18,847 nucleotides of DNA from Candidatus Micrarchaeota archaeon (GCA_013331805.1 DUFS01000082.1:1-18847), one strand, 5' to 3'; counted from the first letter of the stretch, positions 1 to 8,790 are shown. Numbers and translations are program-made. The notes: generated by a model not told the origin, from the sequence alone.

Positions 1-102
1 AAGAAAATCTTAAGGGCTTACGGCATTTTCGAATCGAATATAAACCTTGTCCATGAAAAGAGTGAGGTTTTCAATGAAAGGAAACGCGGCGTGGGAATAT
101 GA
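1..102 (+). CDS. Probable 3' end of an upstream gene, product unknown (KKILRAYGIFESNINLVHEKSEVFNERKRGVGI*)
   Basis: Frame 1 is open from base 1 to TGA 100-102, which overlaps the next ATG (99-101) as ATGA, typical of archaeal operons. No family recognised. Confidence 0.4.
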   Translation, partial: KKILRAYGIFESNINLVHEKSEVFNERKRGVGI

Positions 103-353
103 CGGAGCAGAAAGTAACGGAAGTTATAGAGCTCATAGACAATGTTGGCGGGGACACCTCCGTCCCGAAGAACATACGCCGCGCGCTTTCCGAGGCAAAG
201 GACAGGCTGAAGGGGGCTGACGAGCTCTCTACGCGCGTTTCAGCCGCAGTCTACGCAATCGAGGCAGTGAGCGAGGACATCAACATGCCCATGCACGCGC
301 GGACGCAGATCTGGGCAATCCTTTCAGCGCTCGAATCGATAAAGACCGGGTAG
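99..353 (+). CDS. UPF0147 family protein
   Basis: 84 aa with the family-like motifs D.SVP.NIRR and D.NMP.HARTQIW.I.S.LES. Confidence 0.88.
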   Translation: MTEQKVTEVIELIDNVGGDTSVPKNIRRALSEAKDRLKGADELSTRVSAAVYAIEAVSEDINMPMHARTQIWAILSALESIKTG

Positions 354-355
354 TC

Positions 356-380
356 GCGGGCTTTGTGGTGCAAAGCCCGC
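356..380. other. Perfect 10-bp GC-rich hairpin in the UPF0147-DP1 spacer
   Basis: GCGGGCTTTG (356-365), loop TGGTG, CAAAGCCCGC (371-380). No poly-T tail. Confidence 0.6.
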
Positions 381-393
381 AGGCAATGAATAA

Positions 394-1887
394 ATGCCGC
401 AAGTGCCGAATGAGGCGAAAATTGCGGATGTGGAGTTTGTGCTTGCCGACCTGAAGGCCATTTACGAAAAAAACATACGCCTCACACCGGAGGCTTTCGA
501 ATTCCTGGAAAAAAACGAGATTGACCAGGACGTATACGAAAAAATCCTCGCTACCGAGGGGCTTTTTTTCACCAAGGAAATGCTGGACGTTCTCCTTTCC
601 AGGCAGGATAAAATCCCCACCCGGCCGGTAACAGTCGCAAGGGCTTTGGCATTCAGGCCCGAGGCAAAGGAGTTCTCCCCGAGTTTCAAGCTGATAGGCC
701 GCTCGGACATAACTGGAAAATCCAACTGCACTGGCAAGATAGAGGATTTTGTCGCCCATTTCCGCAACCGCTTTGAGAGGGTGTCGGCAATCCTGAGAAG
801 GCGCATATCCGAGCACGGCATTGCGACCACCAAGCAGCTGAAATCCACGCAGGGAAGCAAGGTGCGCCTGATTGCTATGGTTACCGACAAGCGGGCCACG
901 AAAAAGGGCAACGTGCTTCTCACTGTGGAGGACTGCGAAGGCAGCGCCAAGGTGGTGCTTCCGCGCGAAACCGAGGCATACAAGCTCTCGGGAAAAATCC
1001 TCAACGACGACATAATCGCATTTGACGGCAAGAACGCGGACGAATTATTCATCTGCGACACGGTTACCTGGCCCGAAATACCCTTTGCCCGCGAGCAGAA
1101 AAAAACCGAGCGGGATTTTGCCATAGTATACCTTTCCGACCTGCATTTTGGCAGCAGGAAATTCCTGGAAAAGCCCTTCCAGCGCTTCCTCAACTGGCTG
1201 AACGGGAGCGAAGGGAACGAGGAGCTTGCGGGCAAGGTAAAGTACATCATTGTGTGCGGCGACCTGGTGGACGGCATTGGCATCTATCCTGAGCAGGAAA
1301 AGGACCTCATAGTCAAGGACATCTACAAGCAGTACGAAATGTTCGACCTTGCAATGGAGAAAATACCCGATTACATAACCGTGATCGCGGCGCCTGGGAA
1401 CCACGACGCAGTCAGGCGCGCCGAGCCGCAGCCCGCGCTGGGCGAAGATCTTGTGAAATCCAACGTGGTGCGGGTCGGAAACCCCTCGAATGTGGAAATA
1501 GAGGGGCTCAAGCATCTCCTTTATCACGGAACCTCGCTGGATTCGGTAATCCCTGCCATGGGCGGGCTCTCTTACGAGAAGCCTGAGGAGGCAATGCTTG
1601 AGCTTTTGAGGAGGAGGCACCTCTCGCCGATTTACGGGGACAGCCTGATCGTCCCTGAGGAGCGCGACTACCTGGTGATTGAGGAGGAGCCGGACATAAT
1701 ACACATGGGCCACGTGCACAAGAACGGCTACATGCTCTATCGGGGCACGCTGCTCCTGAACAGCGGCACGTTCCAGGACAGGACAGATTTCCAGGTGCGC
1801 ATGGGGCACCACCCCACTCCCGCGATTGTTCCAATACTGGAGGCGAAGACCGGGAAACTGAGCCACATAAACTTCATGGGCGAATGA
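394..1887 (+). CDS. polB: DNA polymerase D (Pol II) small subunit DP1, proofreading exonuclease
   Basis: OB-fold region followed by calcineurin-like phosphoesterase motifs SDLHFGS, GDLVDGIGIYP, PGNHD, YHG, RRHLSP and HMGHVH. Confidence 0.96.
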   Translation: MPQVPNEAKIADVEFVLADLKAIYEKNIRLTPEAFEFLEKNEIDQDVYEKILATEGLFFTKEMLDVLLSRQDKIPTRPVTVARALAFRPEAKEFSPSFKLIGRSDITGKSNCTGKIEDFVAHFRNRFERVSAILRRRISEHGIATTKQLKSTQGSKVRLIAMVTDKRATKKGNVLLTVEDCEGSAKVVLPRETEAYKLSGKILNDDIIAFDGKNADELFICDTVTWPEIPFAREQKKTERDFAIVYLSDLHFGSRKFLEKPFQRFLNWLNGSEGNEELAGKVKYIIVCGDLVDGIGIYPEQEKDLIVKDIYKQYEMFDLAMEKIPDYITVIAAPGNHDAVRRAEPQPALGEDLVKSNVVRVGNPSNVEIEGLKHLLYHGTSLDSVIPAMGGLSYEKPEEAMLELLRRRHLSPIYGDSLIVPEERDYLVIEEEPDIIHMGHVHKNGYMLYRGTLLLNSGTFQDRTDFQVRMGHHPTPAIVPILEAKTGKLSHINFMGE

Positions 1888-1977
1888 TGAATTGTGAATG
1901 ATGATTTCACGGAATTTTCAAGGCGTATGGATTGGTGAACAGGGAAGCGAAAGAAAAACGAATGCGAACTTCATAAG

Positions 1978-4900
1978 GTGAATAATTTGGTGAACAAGGA
2001 AGGCATTGACAAGGAAACCGAAGAATACGTTTCCATTCTCAAGGAACGGCTGGGGCAAGCCTACGCCATTGCCGAAAGTGCGCGGGAAAAGAAGTTCGAC
2101 CCCTCGCTTTCAGTGGAGATTAAGCCTGCCTCTGACGTTGCCGCGCGGGTGGAGGGCATAGTGGGGCCTCCGGGAATACAGAACATCATCCGATCACTTG
2201 AGGCTGAGGGCAAAAGCAGGGAGACAATCGCGTACCTGGTGCTCAAGAAAATCGCTGCGGGAGAAGTGATACAGGGGGACAAGCGGACGCTCATCGAGCA
2301 GGCTGTCCGCACAGGCGTGGGCATCCTGACCGAAGGGGTGCTGGTCGCCCCCACAGAGGGAATCAGCAATTTCGAGATACGCTCCAATCCGGACGGGAGC
2401 GATTACCTGGCTGTGTATTTCGCAGGCCCCATCCGGTCTGCCGGAGGCACGGTGGCGGCGCTTGCGGTGGTGCTTGCGGACGTGGCAAGGCGCCAGCTTG
2501 GGGTCGGCGACTTCCGCCCCACTGACACGCTCATAGAAAGGTACTTGGAGGAAATCACTGTTTACGGCACCCGCTCCGCGCACCTGCAATACAAGCCTCC
2601 TGATGATGACATCCGGCACATAGTGAGGAGCTGCCCGGTCTGCATAGACGGCGACCCTACCGAGGATGACGAAGTCCAGGTCCACAGGGACACGCCCGGG
2701 ATACCGACCAACCGCGTCAGGAGTGGAATCGCGCTTGTCATCTGCGAGGGCATTGCGCAAAAGGCCGCCAAGGTCAACAAGTACATCAAGAAGATAAAGC
2801 TGGACTGGGCCTGGCTTGAGCCGGTCATAAAGGTTGCGAAAAAGGAGGGCGGCGCTTTTTCCCCCAAGCCAGACTTCCGCTTCCTGGACGAATCGGTAGC
2901 GGGCAGGGCGATATTCGCCTATCCTTCGTCCAAGGGCGGGTGGCGGCTTCGCTACGGAAGGACGCGCGCAACCGGGATAATGGGCAAGGCAATCCACCCT
3001 GCAAGCATGTACCTCCTGGACTCCTTCCTTGCGATCGGCACGCAGATGAAAATCGAGCGGCCTGGCAAAAGCTGCGTGGTGACCCCCTGCGACAGCATTA
3101 TGGGCCCTGTGGTCAAGCTCAAGGACGGAAGCGTTGTCCAGCCCCTCACTTCCGAGGAGGCGCAAAAGCTTGTCCCTGATGTTGAAAAAATCCTGTTCCT
3201 GGGCGACCTGCTCATCAGCGTCGGCGATTTTGCAAAATCCAACCACCCGCTCCTGCCTGGCGCCTGGTGCGAGGAGAGGTTCGAGCTTGAGGCAAAAAAA
3301 GCGGGAATACAAACCGTTAAGCACGACCTCTCCGCAGGCGAGGCGGTGCAGCTTTGCAGGAGGCATTCCGTTCCGCTCCATCCCCGATACACCTATTTCT
3401 GGCACGACATCAGCCACGAATCCCTGCGCGATCTTGCGCTCTGGCTGAAAACAGGCAAGCCGAATTACGGATTGCTGAAGCTCGAGGGATTTGAGCTGGA
3501 GTCCGCGCCCGCAAAGTCCGCGCTTGAGGAGCTTTGCGTGCCGCACAGCATGGAAAAAGGCAAGGTCGTGATACAAGGAGAGCACGCATACGCCCTCCTC
3601 AAGACCATGGGGATAATGGTGGACAGGAAAATCACGGCAGAGAAATTCGAGTCGCTTTTCGACGAGAAAAAGCCGGTCCTGGAGCTCCTGAGCGAAATAT
3701 CAGGGATGAAGATAATGCCCAAGAGCCCGACTTACATAGGATCGCGCATGGGCAGGCCTGAAAAGGCGCGCGAGCGGCGGATGAAAAAATCCGTGAACGT
3801 TCTTTTCCCGGTCGGCTTGTCAATTGACAAGAACGCCAGCATCACCAAGGTTTACAACCGCATGAAGGCGCGCGGCGACCGCGAAGGCAGGGGAATAGAC
3901 GTGGAAATCGCCAGGATGCGCTGCAGAGCGTGCGGAAACGTGACTATTTCCACAGGCTGCATCTGCGGAGGCTACGCTGTCCATGAGCGCATGTGCGGCA
4001 AGTGCGGCAGGCCCACGCGCCAGCCCGAATGCCCTTCCTGCAAAGTCCCAACCAACTACTGGGAAAAGCGGCCTGTGGACGTGATAAAGCTGGTGGAACG
4101 CGCGCAGGAAAGGTGCGGCCTGAACCTTGACGCAATTCCGGACGTGAAGGGCGTGGAGGGGCTTTTTTCCGAATCGAAAATGCCCGAGGCTATTGAAAAG
4201 GGGATCCTGCGGGCAAAGCACAACGTTTTTGTTTTCCGCGACGGAACCTGCCGCTTTGACGCAACCGACATACCGCTCACGCAGTTCAAGCCAAAGGAGA
4301 TTTCGGTTTCGGTTACGGAGCTGAAAAAGCTCGGCTATAAATCGGACATTCACGGCAAGGCGCTTTCAAACGAGGAGCAGATACTGCCCCTCAAGCCCCA
4401 GGATATTGTCCTTTCAAGGCACGGCTCCAAGTACCTGTTTGCGATTGCAGGGTTCATAGACGACCTTTTGACCAAGCTCTACGGAATGCAGCCGTTCTAC
4501 AGCCTGAAAACCGAGCAGGACCTCGTAGGCCAGCTTGTGATCGGGCTTTCGCCGCACACTTCGGCAGGCGTCCTGGCGCGCATTATCGGCTTTTCCGATG
4601 CGCACGTTGGCTTTGCGCACCCCTACTTCCATTGCGCGAAAAGGAGGAATACGGACGGAGACGAGGATACCGTGATCCTTCTCATGGACGGGCTCCTGAA
4701 CTTCTCGCGCTCCTTCCTCCCTGTTTCGCGCGGGGGCACCATGGACGCGCCTCTGGTGCTTTCCACCGAAATCCCGCCCGGAGAGGTGGACGACGAGGTG
4801 CACGCTATGGAGTGCTGCAGCGCCTACCCGCCGGAGTTCTATGAGGCTGCAGACCGCTATGCTTCGCCTTCTGAAATCGAAATAGAAACAGTGAAAAAGC

Positions 4901-5397
4901 GGCTTGGGAAAGTTGAGCAGTACTCCTCACTCTCATACACGCATGAAACCTCCTCGATCAACGCAGGGCCGCACGAGTCCACCTACCTAAAATTCAAGGA
5001 CATGTCCGAAAAAATCGAAGCGCAGTTCGTGCTTCAGGACAAGATTCGCGCAGTGAACGCGCCCGATGCGGCCGAGAGGCTTCTCCTGCACCACTTCCTG
5101 CCAGACCTTTACGGAAACCTGCGCTCCTTTTCGCAGCAGGAGTTCCGCTGCCTGGACTGCAAAATCAAGTTCAGGAGAATACCTCTTTCCGGCAAGTGCA
5201 ACGAGTGCGGGGGCAAGCTGCTCCTCACCATACACAAGGGCGGCATTACCAAGTACCTGCAGCACTCAGCTGATTTGGTGGAGCGCTACCATTTGCCGCT
5301 CTACATGAAGCAGAGGATCGAGATACTGAGAAAGGACATAGAATCCGTCTTCACAGAGGAAATAGAAAAGCAGAAAGGATTGGCGGAGTTCATGTAA
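1978..5397 (+). CDS. polC: DNA polymerase D (Pol II) large subunit DP2
   Basis: Motifs TEGVLVAPTEGI, YFAGPIRSAGGT, RLRYGRTR, RMGRPEKA, catalytic KRRNTDGDED, Cys-rich Zn modules, FLPDLYGNLR and a C-terminal PIP-like QKGLAEF. No intein is evident. The start could be GTG 1978, TTG 1987 or GTG 1990 (GGTGA at 1977-1981). Confidence 0.97.
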   Translation: MNNLVNKEGIDKETEEYVSILKERLGQAYAIAESAREKKFDPSLSVEIKPASDVAARVEGIVGPPGIQNIIRSLEAEGKSRETIAYLVLKKIAAGEVIQGDKRTLIEQAVRTGVGILTEGVLVAPTEGISNFEIRSNPDGSDYLAVYFAGPIRSAGGTVAALAVVLADVARRQLGVGDFRPTDTLIERYLEEITVYGTRSAHLQYKPPDDDIRHIVRSCPVCIDGDPTEDDEVQVHRDTPGIPTNRVRSGIALVICEGIAQKAAKVNKYIKKIKLDWAWLEPVIKVAKKEGGAFSPKPDFRFLDESVAGRAIFAYPSSKGGWRLRYGRTRATGIMGKAIHPASMYLLDSFLAIGTQMKIERPGKSCVVTPCDSIMGPVVKLKDGSVVQPLTSEEAQKLVPDVEKILFLGDLLISVGDFAKSNHPLLPGAWCEERFELEAKKAGIQTVKHDLSAGEAVQLCRRHSVPLHPRYTYFWHDISHESLRDLALWLKTGKPNYGLLKLEGFELESAPAKSALEELCVPHSMEKGKVVIQGEHAYALLKTMGIMVDRKITAEKFESLFDEKKPVLELLSEISGMKIMPKSPTYIGSRMGRPEKARERRMKKSVNVLFPVGLSIDKNASITKVYNRMKARGDREGRGIDVEIARMRCRACGNVTISTGCICGGYAVHERMCGKCGRPTRQPECPSCKVPTNYWEKRPVDVIKLVERAQERCGLNLDAIPDVKGVEGLFSESKMPEAIEKGILRAKHNVFVFRDGTCRFDATDIPLTQFKPKEISVSVTELKKLGYKSDIHGKALSNEEQILPLKPQDIVLSRHGSKYLFAIAGFIDDLLTKLYGMQPFYSLKTEQDLVGQLVIGLSPHTSAGVLARIIGFSDAHVGFAHPYFHCAKRRNTDGDEDTVILLMDGLLNFSRSFLPVSRGGTMDAPLVLSTEIPPGEVDDEVHAMECCSAYPPEFYEAADRYASPSEIEIETVKKRLGKVEQYSSLSYTHETSSINAGPHESTYLKFKDMSEKIEAQFVLQDKIRAVNAPDAAERLLLHHFLPDLYGNLRSFSQQEFRCLDCKIKFRRIPLSGKCNECGGKLLLTIHKGGITKYLQHSADLVERYHLPLYMKQRIEILRKDIESVFTEEIEKQKGLAEFM

Positions 5398-5485
5398 GCG
5401 TCGTTCATATAAAGCAAAGCCTGGGCGCTTCAGCCAACTCCCCCTATTAAATTATTTAGCATTAATCAAAAGTCAGGGATTCGTT

Positions 5486-6016
5486 ATGCAGATAGTGAAA
5501 ATTCCGCAGGAGAGGGTGCAGGCATTGCTTGGCACATCAGGCGAGACCAAGGACTATCTGAAGCACCGCATGAGCGTGACTTTGACAGTGGAATCCGAAG
5601 GCGAAGTGGTAATATCGGGCGAGAGCGTGGACGAATTCATAGCAAAGGACATTGTGAAGGCGATCGGCAGGGGCTTTGATCCCGCAGTCGCCCTCCGATT
5701 GCTTTCCGACAGCTACGGCTTCAAGATAATCGACCTTCGCGACTTCGAAAGCTCGCCCAAGGCAATCCACAGGATAATGGGAAGGGTGATTGGGGAGAAG
5801 GGCAGGACAAAGGAGATAATAAAGGAGGAAGTCGAGGCTGATGTCGCCTGCTACGGGCATACTGTCTCGGTCATTTCCAAGCTCGAAACGCTGGACTATG
5901 CCCTTACCGCGATCTTCAAGCTTATAGAAGGCTCGCCGCACGCGAACGTGTACGCCTATCTTGAAAAATGCCGCCGCAAGATAAAAGAGGAGGAGATAGG
6001 GAAACTGCTCAAGTAA
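5486..6016 (+). CDS. KH-domain RNA-processing protein (Dim2/Pno1 family, small ribosomal subunit maturation)
   Basis: Tandem KH domains with IVKAIGRGF, GRVIGEKGRT and IEGSPHANVY. An AT-rich TATA-like stretch lies at about 5447-5459. Confidence 0.9.
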   Translation: MQIVKIPQERVQALLGTSGETKDYLKHRMSVTLTVESEGEVVISGESVDEFIAKDIVKAIGRGFDPAVALRLLSDSYGFKIIDLRDFESSPKAIHRIMGRVIGEKGRTKEIIKEEVEADVACYGHTVSVISKLETLDYALTAIFKLIEGSPHANVYAYLEKCRRKIKEEEIGKLLK

Positions 6017-6028
6017 ACTGCCCGTTCC

Positions 6029-6985
6029 TCAGCCAATAACTGCGTTGAAAATCAGGCCCATAACTATGAAAGATAGCGCAAGAATGCCTGCAAAAATCGC
6101 GATGAGCTTGGGTTTGAGCACCTTGCGGAGTATGATCATCTCGGGAAGCGAAAGCGCGGTCACACTCATCATGAAAGCAAGCGCAGTTCCCATTGCCATC
6201 CCCTTGTCTATGAGCACCTGAACTATGGGAAGCACGCCTGCAGCATTGGAATACAGGGGAACGCCGACCAGCACAGCAATCGGGACGGCAAGGGGATTGC
6301 CCATGCCTGCAAGCTCTGATAGGGATCCGACAGGCACATACCCGTGCATGAGAGCTCCGATTCCGATGCCAAGCACAAGAAAAGGAGCCACTCGCAGGAC
6401 GATATCCCTGGTTTCCGTTTTTCCAAATTCAAGCCTTTGTTTCCAGCTCATAGGTTTTTCGGATAACTTTTTCTGCCTTATTTTGTAGACAAACTCCTCC
6501 ACTTCTCCCTCAAGTTTCAGCCTTCCAATAATCATGCCTGCAGCAATAGCAATTGCCAGGCCGGTTCCAATGTAAAGCGCGGTTATCTTCCAGCCAAACA
6601 TGCCTAGTAAAAGAGCAATCGCCACTTCATTTATTGCCGGCGAGGCAATCAGGAATGAAAAAGTGATGCCCAAGGGCACCCCTGACTCCACAAAGCCTAT
6701 GAAAAGAGGAACAGCCGAACAGGAGCAGAAAGGCGTGGGCACTCCAAGAAGGGCGGCCAGCACGTTTCCCACTCCCTCTTTCCTGCCGCCCAGCCATTTC
6801 CTTACCCTTTGCGGAGTCACGTAAGTCCTTACTATTGCCACAAGAAAAACCATTGCAGCAAGCAGCAGGAAGACCTTGATCGTATCATAAATGAAGAAAT
6901 TCAGGGCTTCTGCAAGCTTCTCTTTCTGCTGCATTCCGAGCAGGCTGTGAACCACCCAGCCCGCAAAATCCTCGAGTACTCCCAT
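6029..6985 (-). CDS. arsP: ArsP/DUF318-family permease (putative organoarsenical efflux)
   Basis: Multi-TM protein with TPFCSCSAVP, FLIASP, GVPLYSN and MMSVTALSLPE. It lies in an operon with ArsR and a thioredoxin-like gene. Confidence 0.85.
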   Translation of the reverse strand: MGVLEDFAGWVVHSLLGMQQKEKLAEALNFFIYDTIKVFLLLAAMVFLVAIVRTYVTPQRVRKWLGGRKEGVGNVLAALLGVPTPFCSCSAVPLFIGFVESGVPLGITFSFLIASPAINEVAIALLLGMFGWKITALYIGTGLAIAIAAGMIIGRLKLEGEVEEFVYKIRQKKLSEKPMSWKQRLEFGKTETRDIVLRVAPFLVLGIGIGALMHGYVPVGSLSELAGMGNPLAVPIAVLVGVPLYSNAAGVLPIVQVLIDKGMAMGTALAFMMSVTALSLPEMIILRKVLKPKLIAIFAGILALSFIVMGLIFNAVIG

Positions 6986-7219
6986 CTACTCCACCAGCAT
7001 CTCCTTTATTTCGGCAACAGAAGGCGTCCTTCCTTCGGAAATAACCTTGCCGTCAACCATGAGCGCAGGCGTGGAGCTTATTCCGAATTCCATCATTTTT
7101 GCGTAATCCTGCACTTTTTCGAATTTTGCGCCAATTCCAAGCTCAGCGCAGGCTTTTTTCGCATTTTCCTCCAGTTTCCTGCATGAAGCGCATCCTCCGC
7201 CAAGTATTTTGATGTTCAT
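6986..7219 (-). CDS. Small thioredoxin-like redox-active disulfide protein (MTH895 type)
   Basis: MNIKILGGGCASCRKLEE (CxxC) and STPALMVDG (cis-Pro loop). Start reassigned to ATG 7219, behind a GGTGA that overlaps the arsR stop. Its stop abuts the permease ATG. Confidence 0.9.
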   Translation of the reverse strand: MNIKILGGGCASCRKLEENAKKACAELGIGAKFEKVQDYAKMMEFGISSTPALMVDGKVISEGRTPSVAEIKEMLVE

Positions 7220-7220
7220 C

Positions 7221-7472
7221 TCACCACCCCTCAATGTCGCGCATGACCTTCCTTCCTTTCTCAGAAAGGGAATAGATCCTCTTCACCCCAACCCTTCTCA
7301 TCTCAACGAGCCCGGCTTCCAGCAGGACCTTGAGATGCTGGGAAACCGCGGGCTGGCTCACCTTTGCAACAGGGGGCAATTCGCATGCGCATATGCCCTT
7401 TTTCTTTCGGATTTCCCGAAGAAGAAGCATTCGTGTGCCGTCCGCGACCGCCTGCAAAGCCTTCCCCGCCAT
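7221..7472 (-). CDS. arsR: ArsR/SmtB-family metalloregulator
   Basis: Likely start at ATG 7472 (MAGKALQAVADGTRMLLL). It has the ICACEL metal-binding motif and the wHTH SQPAVSQHLKVLLEAGLV. The longer N-terminus in the ORF track is antisense to the MFS gene. Confidence 0.9.
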   Translation of the reverse strand: MAGKALQAVADGTRMLLLREIRKKKGICACELPPVAKVSQPAVSQHLKVLLEAGLVEMRRVGVKRIYSLSEKGRKVMRDIEGW

Positions 7473-7494
7473 ATATAAGTCTTTGCTTATATAT
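7471..7494. promoter_or_regulatory. Putative ArsR operator, 9-6-9 inverted repeat
   Basis: ATATATAAG-tctttg-CTTATATAT overlaps the arsR start and adjoins the AT-rich back-to-back TATA-like region at 7494-7507. Confidence 0.7.
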
Positions 7495-7527
7495 TTAAAA
7501 TATAAACAGTTAGCCCGGAATTCCCCC

Positions 7528-8709
7528 ATGAAGCTGTTGCAAGGCATCAAAAGCAACGTCATCATACTGGGCATTGTCAGCTTTTTCACAGACGTCTCGT
7601 CAGAGATGATTTTTCCCATCCTGCCGATTTTCCTAACGGCTTTCCTGGGGGCGGGAAAAGAGGCTATCGGGTTGATTGAAGGCGTGGCAGACAGCATCTC
7701 CTCCCTTCTGGACATATTCGTGGGCTACTGGTCGGACTCATCAGGAAGGCGCAAGAAGTTCGTGATAATCGGCTACTCGCTTTCCTCTGTTTCAAAAGCA
7801 GGCATTGCCCTTGCCTCAAGCTGGCCTTTCATGCTGGTCTTCCGCGGCCTGGAAAGGGTGGGAAAAAGCGTGCGCACCTCGCCGAGGGATGCGATAATAG
7901 CAGCGTCCTCCGATCAGAAAAACAGGGGCATGGCATTCGGCCTTCATAGGGCAATGGACACCTTGGGCGCAATTGTCGGGCCTGCCTTGGCATACGTTAT
8001 TCTTGCCGCGCTTGGCAGCAGCGAATCAGCCTACAAGACGGTATTCTACGCAGCCATTATCCCGGCATTCATCGCAGTTGGCATAATCTGGCTGTTCGTC
8101 AGGGAACCGAAAGCAAGAATCGAACACAAAAGAGAGGAAAAGCGCATTGGCTTCTGGCGGAAATTGGAACTCCTTCCCAAAAATTACAGGAGCTTCCTTG
8201 CAATATCCTGCCTTTTCTCGCTTGCCTACTTCAGTTTTGCCCTCCTGATAGTGCGCGCAAGCGAAATAGGAATCGCAGCACAGGACATCCTGCTCCTCTA
8301 CATACTCTATAATATGGTATATGCGGCTGTTTCGGTGCCAATAGGCCGGCTTTCGGACCTGCTCGGGCGAAAGCCCATAATCGCAGCCTCCTTCGTAGTT
8401 TACGCGCTTATCTGCGTCGGCTTTGCATACGCAGGCGATTTCTGGCAGGTCGCCCTTCTCTTTGCAATTTATGGCGTATTCGTCTCAACCGACGAGTCAG
8501 TGAACAAGGCTTACGTATCCGACATAACAAAAGAAAAGTCGCGCGGCATGGCGCTGGGCGCATACAACTCGGCAGTGGGCGCGGCCTATCTTCCAGCAAG
8601 TGTATTGTTCGGCGCGCTCTGGGCCGCATTCGGCGCAGTTCCAGCATTCGGGGCGGCTGCTGCAATCGCAGGGATTTCAGGCGTGGCAATGGCTCTCTGG
8701 GCGAAGTGA
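7528..8709 (+). CDS. Major facilitator superfamily transporter
   Basis: Start reassigned to ATG 7528 (MKLLQGIK). About 12 hydrophobic segments, with MFS motif A in both halves (GYWSDSSGRRK, GRLSDLLGRK). Confidence 0.92.
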   Translation: MKLLQGIKSNVIILGIVSFFTDVSSEMIFPILPIFLTAFLGAGKEAIGLIEGVADSISSLLDIFVGYWSDSSGRRKKFVIIGYSLSSVSKAGIALASSWPFMLVFRGLERVGKSVRTSPRDAIIAASSDQKNRGMAFGLHRAMDTLGAIVGPALAYVILAALGSSESAYKTVFYAAIIPAFIAVGIIWLFVREPKARIEHKREEKRIGFWRKLELLPKNYRSFLAISCLFSLAYFSFALLIVRASEIGIAAQDILLLYILYNMVYAAVSVPIGRLSDLLGRKPIIAASFVVYALICVGFAYAGDFWQVALLFAIYGVFVSTDESVNKAYVSDITKEKSRGMALGAYNSAVGAAYLPASVLFGALWAAFGAVPAFGAAAAIAGISGVAMALWAK

Positions 8710-8724
8710 AGCGGCAAGCCCCTA

Positions 8725-8742
8725 CAGAAACCTATTTTAAAT
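8725..8742 (+). promoter_or_regulatory. Putative BRE/TATA promoter for top6B-top6A
   Basis: Purine-rich CAGAAA followed by TTTTAAAT (8735-8742), upstream of ATGs at 8771 and 8791. Confidence 0.45.
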
Positions 8743-8790
8743 CTCACAGCCGTATTTTGGGCGGCGACAAATGAATGAGAACGTGAGCTA

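Noticed and set aside
1884..1904. Two ATGATGA motifs resembling C boxes of a C/D sRNA
   Set aside because: There is no downstream CTGA D box at a suitable distance in the spacer.
2194..3585. 463-aa antisense ORF, plus other long antisense ORFs such as 462-1283, 1045-1866 and 15362-16048
   Set aside because: They lie opposite well-conserved genes and have no recognisable motifs. They are explained as shadow ORFs from codon bias.
1978..5397. Intein or split in DP2
   Set aside because: The length (1139 aa) and continuous motifs leave no room, and no intein splice or LAGLIDADG motifs were seen.
7330..7715. Apparent long overlap between extended arsR and MFS ORFs
   Set aside because: An artefact of longest-ORF start choice. 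Family-like sequence begins at 7472 (-) and 7528 (+), leaving a normal 55-nt divergent spacer.
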